From positions 1-19,024 of the forward strand of contig NZ_JAEDCO010000031.1 in NCBI RefSeq assembly GCF_016294135.1: a DNA stretch of 19,024 nt, given 5' to 3'. Of the stretch, positions 8,332 to 15,315 are shown piece by piece. The position numbers and the translations under genes were made by a program. Position 1 is the stretch's first letter. Every line of letters starts with the position of its first letter. The notes under the pieces are model-generated. The model made no database searches and was not told where the DNA came from. It saw nothing but the letters and a program-made list of their open reading frames with translations. This DNA is from Methanobrevibacter ruminantium. Lineage in GTDB: Archaea; Methanobacteriota; Methanobacteria; Methanobacteriales; Methanobacteriaceae.

Positions 8332-8625
8332 AATTTCCCTCTTATTTTTATTTTTAAGTGCTGAAATTTTATTAAAAAAATTATTCTATTTTATAATTTT
8401 TATAAAGATGCTTTTTTATAAATCTTCTGATTATTAATATCTATAATTATTATCTTTATTTATATTAATAAATTTTAACAATGCAACTTATCGGTTTTTT
8501 TTAATTATCACTTTTTTTAAAAAATCCCTAATTTTTATTATTTTTATCAAAAATCAATTAAGATTTAAAACAATTCATTCTAGGGATAAGAAAATTATAT
8601 ATAAAATATATGCTAATTTAATATT

Positions 8626-10110
8626 ATGAAAGTCGTACTAGCTGGAACTGGAAGTGCTGTTGGAAAAACAACTATTTCTACAGGAATCATGAAAGCACTT
8701 CAAGATGAAAATGTTCAACCATTTAAGGTTGGCCCTGATTTTATTGACCCTTCTTACCATACAATTGCTACAGGCAATGTATCAAGGAACTTGGATTCAT
8801 TTTTCATGGATGAGTTTCAAATAATCAATTCATTTGAAAGGGCACTCAAGATATCCAAGTCCAATATGGGAATTATTGAAGGTGTAAGAGGCCTATATGA
8901 AGGTATCAGTCCTATCAGTGATATAGGTAACACTGCCTCAATTGCAAAGGCTTTAGATGCTCCTGTAGTACTTCTTATGGATTCAAGAAGCTTGGTGAAA
9001 AGTGCGGCTGCTGTTGTGTTAGGATTCAAGGCTCTTGACCCTGATGTACGTATAGAAGGAGTTATCTTGAATAAGGTCAAAGGCCAAAGGCATTTCCTAA
9101 AGGCAAAGGAGTCTGTTGAAAAGTTAGCAAATGTTCCAGTCATAGGAGGCATTCCAAGAAATGAAGAGATTGCAGTGGAAGAAAGGCATCTTGGTTTGGT
9201 TCCAGCTCTTGAAAAGGAAAAGATCAATAGGAATATTGAACTTTGGGGGCATATTGCTGAGGAATATATAGACCTGGATGCTCTAAAGGATATTATGAAA
9301 ACATCCAGCAAATCTGCTGTAAAAGACAATATGAATAAGTCCATTGAATCTATGGAAGATGATTATAATCAAGGCCATCGTGTAGATTTATCCATTCATG
9401 AGGATGAATTCAATAGGGAGCATAATGAGGCCATTAATCTTGAGGTCACCAATGGCTCCAAACCTGGAGAGCTGTGGAAAACAGGCAATAATGCACCTAT
9501 TAAGATTGGTGTAGCTATTGATGAAATCTTCACTTTCTATTATAAGGAAACATTGGAATCCCTTGAGGAAAATGGGGCTAAGATAGTTCCATTCAGCCCA
9601 TATAAGGATGAGGAAATTCCAGATGTTGATGCCCTTTACATTGGTGGAGGCTACCCTGAAGTGTTCAAGAAGGAATTGTCTGAGAATGAATCCATGCTAA
9701 AATCCATCAATAAGTTCCATAAGGAACATAGGCCAATATATGGTGAATGCGGTGGATTGATTTATTTATCAGAGTCTATTGACGGCTTAGGAATGGTTAA
9801 TGCAATCCCATACAGTGCAGAAATGACTCCTAGAGTTCAAGGATTGAATTATGTTGTAGCAAGATCAAATAAGGATAATCTCATATCTGAAAAAGGAGAT
9901 ATTTTCCGTGCACATGAATTCCATTACACCAAACTCAACATTGACAGAACTGATGAGCTTGTTTTTGATGTACTCAGAGGAAGAGGTGTATTGAATAATA
10001 TGGATGGAGTCAGCATTGGAAACACTTTAGCCAATTACATTCACATTCACGCTTGTTCATGTCCTAACTTTGCATATAATTTCACTAAGAACATAGCAGA
10101 GTTGGACTGA
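8626..10110 (+). CDS. cbiA: Cobyrinate / Ni-sirohydrochlorin a,c-diamide synthase family (CbiA/CfbB), 494 aa
   Basis: It has an N-terminal P-loop ([10 protein letters not shown]), DFIDPSYH, and a C-terminal GATase-like domain ([14 protein letters not shown] with the catalytic Cys). A TATA-like TTATATATAA lies ~25-30 nt upstream with no Shine-Dalgarno, suggesting a leaderless transcript. CbiA versus the F430 enzyme CfbB cannot be resolved by eye. Confidence 0.85.
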   Translation: MKVVLAGTGSAVGKTTISTGIMKALQDENVQPFKVGPDFIDPSYHTIATGNVSRNLDSFFMDEFQIINSFERALKISKSNMGIIEGVRGLYEGISPISDIGNTASIAKALDAPVVLLMDSRSLVKSAAAVVLGFKALDPDVRIEGVILNKVKGQRHFLKAKESVEKLANVPVIGGIPRNEEIAVEERHLGLVPALEKEKINRNIELWGHIAEEYIDLDALKDIMKTSSKSAVKDNMNKSIESMEDDYNQGHRVDLSIHEDEFNREHNEAINLEVTNGSKPGELWKTGNNAPIKIGVAIDEIFTFYYKETLESLEENGAKIVPFSPYKDEEIPDVDALYIGGGYPEVFKKELSENESMLKSINKFHKEHRPIYGECGGLIYLSESIDGLGMVNAIPYSAEMTPRVQGLNYVVARSNKDNLISEKGDIFRAHEFHYTKLNIDRTDELVFDVLRGRGVLNNMDGVSIGNTLANYIHIHACSCPNFAYNFTKNIAELD

Positions 10111-10677
10111 AATTTTATTTTTTCTTTAACTTTTTAATATTATTATTTCTATTTCTATTTTTTATTTCCATGAACTTTTTTTAAAATTTATTTTAGTATA
10201 ATGTATACGATTTTTTCTTAAATTTTTTTACAATATACAAAATTTTTGAATTTTTCATAAAATTTTTCTCATAAAAAAGTATTACTTTATGATCAATGAG
10301 GATTTTTTCCTTTTCAATTTTCAAATTTGAAAATCTATTTAAATTTATTATTTTATTTTGAAACTTGAGTTTTTTTAGCTATTTTTTTAAATAACTATAA
10401 TTAATCTTTATTTTTTTAAAATAATTATTTTAAACTATTTTTTATATCAATTTTTTCAATGCCTTTTGTAACTTTTTGTAGATACAACGTTAACTCAATG
10501 TTATTACATGCTATATTTTTGTACATTTATGTATATGGATTCAGTATTTTTTACTACTTTTTCTAAATTTTTAAATTATGGCTGGGATCTTCAATTTTTT
10601 CAATAAATCTTCATGATAATATCATTTGGGTTTCTGCAGATTTTTTGAAAATTTCATTTCACATTTTGTAACTCAAA

Positions 10678-10694
10678 TTTTACACTTGAAATGG
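10678..10694 (+). other. ORB-like element 1: TTTTACACTTGAAATGG, preceded by TTTGTAACTCAAA (10665-10677)
   Basis: The core TACACTTGAAAT lies at 10681-10692. It resembles the archaeal Orc1/Cdc6 mini-ORB (TCCAGTGGAAA type; a TACA-N-TTGAAA variant is recalled from Methanothermobacter). Confidence 0.4.
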
Positions 10695-10745
10695 CACCCG
10701 CTATTTTTTTCACCTTTTTTCAAATTTTCAGATTTTCTCAAAAAA

Positions 10746-10765
10746 GTGATAACTCAAATTATCAC
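10746..10765. repeat. Inverted repeat GTGATAA-N6-TTATCAC
   Basis: GTGATAA lies at 10746-10752 and TTATCAC at 10759-10765, separated by CTCAAA. These are the same heptamers and the same 6-bp spacing as the 731-752 palindrome, but in the everted orientation. The repeat overlaps a TAACTCAAA motif copy. Confidence 0.6.
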
Positions 10766-10991
10766 AGCTAAACTATTGATGTAATATCATTATGACTCCT
10801 CATCATTTTTTTATAATTTTTTTCAATTTTTTGAGTTACAAATTTATTTTTTTTATAGTTTTTTAAATTAAGTTTATATGCAATGAGCTAACATATATAA
10901 TAATGTTGATAATTTTTTATTTTATGATTATATTATCAATTTAAAAAAAATTTCTTTGATAATATCAATTTTTTCAATACGAAGGTATTTT

Positions 10992-11687
10992 ATGTTAGAA
11001 AAGGAAGTCAAACAATATAAGAGAGGAAACAGTTTCACTTATCGTATCGACCTATCAAAAAAAGATAATTTTGAAGGTGGGGAGAAAGTAATGATTCTTA
11101 GGATAAGTGAATATGAATCTTACCTAAATGAGATCGATGATCTTAAAGCAAAAATTGACGATAATAAAAATACCATTTCAGACTTGAAGCAATCACGCAG
11201 TGAAGCGGATTCTTCCATAAATGAAATTATAGAACAAAGGAATCAGGAGATTTCAGATAAGAATAAGGAAATCATGGACCTGGTTGAAGAAAACAAATCT
11301 GCCATTGCAAAATGCTATGAAATTATTGATGAAAAAGATCAGCTTATCAAACAGGCTAATGAAGAGATTAGGCTTGAAAGGGCTAAGTCAGATTTAGCGA
11401 TGCAAAAGGCTGAGGAAAATCTCCTTGAAGAGAGGAAAAGACATGATGAACTTGTTTTAGAAAAGGACAAGGAGTTGCATAATGTTAACCAGCAGCTTCA
11501 GGACAGCCTTAAAGAAATCGCTTATAAAGACCAATTGTTAACTGCTGATAGGCTTTTAATCGACAGATATAAAAACAGAAGCTTCATTGACCGTCTCTTA
11601 AACAGACAACCTGATGACAGTGACTTGCAAATTGACAGCAAGCCAAAGGAAACTTATGTCTTGGAAGCTGAAAAACAAGATGATTAA
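10992..11687 (+). CDS. Orphan coiled-coil protein (231 aa from ATG 10992) with a possible AbrB/MazE-like (SpoVT-AbrB) N-terminal domain
   Basis: A GAAGGT Shine-Dalgarno at 10981-10986 lies 5 nt before ATG 10992, so I prefer that start to the TTG at 10956 in the ORF track. Residues 7-40 (VKQYKRGNSFTYRIDLSKKDNFEGGEKVMILRI) resemble the MazE/AbrB VKxWGNSxAVRIP...V.I pattern. Residues ~45-200 are heptad-rich and E/K/D/L/I-rich, consistent with a coiled coil. Confidence 0.65.
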   Translation: MLEKEVKQYKRGNSFTYRIDLSKKDNFEGGEKVMILRISEYESYLNEIDDLKAKIDDNKNTISDLKQSRSEADSSINEIIEQRNQEISDKNKEIMDLVEENKSAIAKCYEIIDEKDQLIKQANEEIRLERAKSDLAMQKAEENLLEERKRHDELVLEKDKELHNVNQQLQDSLKEIAYKDQLLTADRLLIDRYKNRSFIDRLLNRQPDDSDLQIDSKPKETYVLEAEKQDD

Positions 11688-11694
11688 TTCAAGC

Positions 11695-11712
11695 TTTTTG
11701 ACTCGTCAAAAA
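11695..11712 (+). terminator. Palindrome TTTTTGAC-TC-GTCAAAAA followed by T-runs, 8 nt after the coiled-coil gene stop
   Basis: It has 8-bp arms. A further GTCAA-N5-TTGAC lies at 11705-11719, followed by CTTTTTTCTATTTTT. A protein-binding site is an alternative reading. Confidence 0.4.
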
Positions 11713-11926
11713 CCTTGACCAAACTTTTTTCTATTTTTAACTTATATTACTTTTTATTATTCTTTTTTCATTATCTTTTCATTATTTTTTTATTCTCTTT
11801 TTATTTCTCTTTTTATTATAAATATTGCATCTACTTTTCAATGTCATGTTATCTTCAATTCATATTCATTTTTGATCTATTGAGTTGCATTTTTTCACAT
11901 ATTTTCATTGTAACTCTTAGACATAA

Positions 11927-11938
11927 ATTTCAACTGTA
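11927..11938 (-). other. ORB-like element 2 (reverse strand TACAGTTGAAAT), with GTTAACTCA adjacent (reverse strand of 11942-11950)
   Basis: Plus-strand ATTTCAACTGTA lies at 11927-11938. The reverse complement of 11925-11953 is CAGGTTAACTCATTATACAGTTGAAATTT. This has the same two blocks as element 1 (TAACTCA + TACA-S-TTGAAAT). Confidence 0.4.
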
Positions 11939-12000
11939 TAATGAGTTAACCTGTTATTATCATTTTTTGCCAATTTTAGGGCCAGAAATTCCTTGACGTA

Positions 12001-12014
12001 AGTTTCAAGTGTAA
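12001..12014 (-). other. ORB-like element 3 (reverse strand TTTACACTTGAAAC)
   Basis: Plus-strand GTTTCAAGTGTAAA lies at 12001-12014. It is identical to element 1 over TTTACACTTGAAA. A degenerate fourth copy (reverse strand TGACATTTGAAA) lies at 12039-12050. Confidence 0.4.
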
Positions 12015-12513
12015 ATTTTTTTGCAATTTTTCAAATATTTTTCAAATGTCATTATCAAAACATAATCATGTTAATTTATTTTCATCATCATTTCAAATCT
12101 TTTGTAATAACATCTATTTTGAGGATTTTTTCCACTCAAAAATGATATTATCACGAAATTTTCATAAATTTTTCAATTTTTTTCAAGATCCTTATCAAAA
12201 TTTCATGATTTTTGTATTACTTGGCGATTTTTTTATCTATTGGAACATTTGTTTTATAGTTTTAAAATTATTTTCTAAAAAAAACATCTTTTTTTCAATA
12301 TCTTGTATACTTTTTATTTTCACAAAATATTTTTCGATACACTTTTTTCCTGTTCAATGGAAAAATTTTTCCAATTTTTTTTGAGTAAGATGATTTCAAT
12401 GACATTCAAAATCCTTAAGCTTGATTTAAAAATTTCTTAATTAATTTCCCATTTAATAAACTTATATAATAGTTTCAACAAACTCTAAAATAACGCTTAT
12501 ATAAGGGGTTTTT

Positions 12514-13659
12514 ATGAACTTTAATTTTAAAAACGGAAATTTTGATCTATTCAATCCACTGATAGTTGTAGTGATGGCAATATTGTTCCTCATCATAGCT
12601 ATGCCTATGTGGTATTTCTACCAGGAATTGCCTTCTCCCAATTTAGATTTGTATCTTTATATTGGATTAGGGCTCTTGTTCTTTATTTTTAGCGCTTTTG
12701 CATCTAACTACATCTTAAGTAAAAGCTTTAAAATCGATGTGGATTCAACCCCTAAAAAAATTTTCAGCACTGAGAAATTATCATTATTTGATTCATATTC
12801 AAAAAATGAATTGATTATTGTAGCACTGGTTTTATTAGGCATTTTGCTGCAGGTTATAAACATCGCTTTATTAGGTGGCATACCACTTTTCTCTGCTACA
12901 TTAAAGGCGAAGGCTGCAACAAAAATTTGGCTTGTATCCTACATTATTTTCCTGCCATCCATAAATGTTCTGCTTGCAAAATACAATAGAAAATCACATT
13001 ATCTATTATTGCTCATCGGCTTGGTCTTGTTTGCCCTAACTGGATATAGGACCACTCCTATTGCAATCATGCTATCTGCACTCATAACCTTGTACTATAC
13101 AAGGGATATTGATGTGAAATACATTATTTTAGCTATCTTAGCTATTGCAGTGGTGCTTTTGGCAGTTGGATTCATTGCAGTTCAAGCCATCACCTGGCAG
13201 CACTGGTCTTTAAATCCAATTGAATTGGTGTCTTATAGGGCAGCATTTACATTGAATATACTCTCAAAAGCCATCGAGAATCAATGTGCCACTATGGGCA
13301 ATCTATTCTACACAACATTGACAGGATTCTTTACACATTCAGATGCAAGAGTTTTGGTTGGCCAGGCTACATTAGGACAGGTTCATTCCATAACATCTAC
13401 AATTTTCGGCCCTGCATTGCTTGATTTTGGTATTGTGGGAATGATTCTGCAAATGTTTTTATTAGGCCTTATCCTAAAGACATTACACAGCATACAGAAT
13501 TACAAGAAAGAGATCTTTACAGCATTTTACGGAATTTTGCTTGCACAAACAATCATCTGGATAGAGACAGGCCCAACTGATATTGTTGTATGGCTATTCT
13601 ATTTGATTGGCATTTTCCTCATCATCCATTTCCTAAGGGGTGCAAATCATGAAATCTAA
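12514..13659 (+). CDS. Polytopic membrane protein (381 aa), Wzy / oligosaccharide-repeat-unit-polymerase-like
   Basis: It has about 10-11 hydrophobic helices and one larger loop (residues ~225-300). An LTGYRTTPIAIML segment is reminiscent of the Wzy_C/O-antigen-ligase S/T-R-G motif. An AAGGGG Shine-Dalgarno lies at 12503-12508, and a TATA-like CTTATATAAT at 12460-12469. The family call is tentative. Confidence 0.55.
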   Translation: MNFNFKNGNFDLFNPLIVVVMAILFLIIAMPMWYFYQELPSPNLDLYLYIGLGLLFFIFSAFASNYILSKSFKIDVDSTPKKIFSTEKLSLFDSYSKNELIIVALVLLGILLQVINIALLGGIPLFSATLKAKAATKIWLVSYIIFLPSINVLLAKYNRKSHYLLLLIGLVLFALTGYRTTPIAIMLSALITLYYTRDIDVKYIILAILAIAVVLLAVGFIAVQAITWQHWSLNPIELVSYRAAFTLNILSKAIENQCATMGNLFYTTLTGFFTHSDARVLVGQATLGQVHSITSTIFGPALLDFGIVGMILQMFLLGLILKTLHSIQNYKKEIFTAFYGILLAQTIIWIETGPTDIVVWLFYLIGIFLIIHFLRGANHEI

Positions 13660-14770
13660 AAATATAGCTATTGCAGGAGAGATCACTCCATCCAAAACAA
13701 TCATTCCAATCATTGAAAAGTTAAGGGAGATGGAGAATGAAGGTGAATTAAGCTTCAAGATCAATAAGATAATCGGGCTTTATCATGGAGAATCTTCAAG
13801 GGATTTCCTTGAACCTTATTGTGATGAAACATATTCTATTGGAGAAGGCAGAAGAGGGAAAAAGAATTCTCTTGGAAAATTGGCATATCTCATTTCAAAG
13901 GATATCCTAAAGGCATTCAATGCACTTAAGGGAGGGGGCATTGGTTTATTGATCACTGCAGGGAATGCAGGGGATGTTAGAAAAGCCATTGTAGCTGCAA
14001 TTATCTTGCAAATTCCGGTTTTGCATATTGAGCAGGATATCTACAATCCTATTGAAGTCATTTCACAAGCGAATCTTGTAACAGTTCCTTCCAAGGGATA
14101 TGAGGAGTATCTGGAGAAGAACTATAAGCTTAATAATGTTGTCAATATCAACGGTTATCCTATGGCGAAATATGTTGATGACTATATAAAAGAAAACAAT
14201 TTAATCGATAAGGATGAAATCTACGGAGAATATGGGATGAAGGAATTTGTCCTTGTTGTTCTTGGTGGAGATTTGAAGGATGATGATATTGAGCCATTGA
14301 TTAGGGCTGTTGAAGAGCTTAATCTAAAAGCCTTGATTGCACCTTACAGATTTGATAGGAATATGGTTAAGGAATTGGTCTTGTCACCAAACATCAAGGT
14401 TTTGCCTCAATATGTTGATATGTTAAGCTTCATGAATGCGGCATCACATTTGATATATGCTGCAGGTATGGGAATGACCATTGAAGCAGGAGTATTCAAT
14501 ATTCCATCATTAAAAATAGAAGGATTCCATAAAACTCATGGAAGTGTGGATTTGGCTAAGGAACTTAACATACCAATCGTAAAAATAGAAGAAATTTCTG
14601 AGGCATTTGAGAATCTACCAGACCAAAAGGAATCAGATCTTGTAAAAAATAGTGAGATAGCTATTGAAAGGGTAGTGGATTTGATAAATGATTTTGATGA
14701 AAAATCATTCAAAAGAAGCGGATTTAAATCCACTAAGCAAATTTGGAACAGTAGAAAAGTATACAGATGA
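13649..14770 (+). CDS. MurG-like (GT28/GT-B) glycosyltransferase (373 aa from ATG 13649)
   Basis: [32 protein letters not shown] parallels E. coli MurG [36 protein letters not shown] matches the MurG VLVVGGSQG segment. The C-terminal [34 protein letters not shown] matches the FIDDM...ADVVVCRSGALTVSE...GLPA region. An AGGGGTG Shine-Dalgarno precedes ATG 13649. The start overlaps the upstream stop by 11 nt (20 nt if GTG 13640 is used). Confidence 0.7.
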   Translation: [373 protein letters not shown]

Positions 14771-14819
14771 TTTTATCTTTCACTTTTCTTCTAATTTTTT
14801 TATTTTTCAATTTCTTTTT

Positions 14820-15143
14820 TTAATCAGCATCCTCATCCATGGTTTCAATCAAAAAACTTACAGGACGGAATCCATCGTTGCATGAGATCATTGCTGATTT
14901 CTTATTCTTCATCCAACCATCGTAAAGGTCTTCTGCTCCATTAGCCAAAGCCATTACAAATGGGGATAATACTTCCCATGCACTAGGGCAGAAATCTTCT
15001 GGCTTTTCCCAACCATTAGCTATGAAGACATCTCCACATTCAACATCGCATTCATGTTCCAATGGATTTTCATACTTTTCAATCAAGTCATCATGCCTTA
15101 CTTTCTTCATGACTGTAATCTTAACTTTTTTCAACTCATTCAC
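14820..15143 (-). CDS. TIGR04076-family small Cys-containing protein (107 aa)
   Basis: KVKITVMKK..., EDFCPSAWEVLSPFVMAL and SCNDGFRPVSF match my recollection of the TIGR04076 family signature. It has a GTG start at 15143. Confidence 0.7.
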   Translation of the reverse strand: MNELKKVKITVMKKVRHDDLIEKYENPLEHECDVECGDVFIANGWEKPEDFCPSAWEVLSPFVMALANGAEDLYDGWMKNKKSAMISCNDGFRPVSFLIETMDEDAD

Positions 15144-15315
15144 CTAAAAACTTTAGTCTGTTTTTAATTATTTTTTATCTCTTATCATTTAAATATTTTA
15201 AAAATCAAAACCAAATCAATACTTAAACTCCTCATCAAAAAATTTTAAATATCATAATCCCTTTAAATTTAAAATGGAATACTATTTTTTTTCAATTGAT
15301 AGGAAAGGTTTTAGA

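Noticed and set aside
8332-8625. Cobalamin riboswitch or other structured leader upstream of cbiA (inverted repeat ATCCCTA 8524-8530 / TAGGGAT 8582-8588)
   Set aside because: No B12-box-like GC-rich core is present. The region is almost pure A/T apart from the 7-bp arms. A TATA-like box about 25-30 nt from the ATG suggests a leaderless mRNA that would exclude this region from the transcript.
10956-10991. TTG start at 10956 for the coiled-coil gene, as in the ORF track
   Set aside because: The extra 12 codons (MIISIFSIRRYF) lie in repeat DNA (TTGATAATATCAATTTTTTCAAT). The GAAGGT Shine-Dalgarno is positioned for ATG 10992 instead.
10665-11953. Transposon/MITE interpretation of the ~27-bp imperfect inverted repeats flanking the coiled-coil gene
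   Set aside because: The window contains no transposase, integrase or recombinase. I could not identify target-site duplications next to the repeats. The enclosed protein is a coiled-coil with no catalytic motifs. I kept this only as a minor alternative under the island finding.
11715-12384. ORF-track ORFs 11715-11996 (93 aa) and 12046-12384 (112 aa) as possible small membrane proteins
   Set aside because: Their translations are F/L/I/Y/S low-complexity strings, as expected from reading T-rich non-coding DNA. They have no Shine-Dalgarno and no helix-loop organisation, and they are interrupted by the repeat motifs. I treat them as non-coding.
10111-12513. CRISPR array or tandem satellite in the repeat-rich arms
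   Set aside because: The repeats are short (7-17 nt), degenerate and irregularly spaced (for example TCAATTTTTTCAAT at intervals of about 142 and 374 bp). There is no repeat-spacer periodicity, and no cas genes are in the window.
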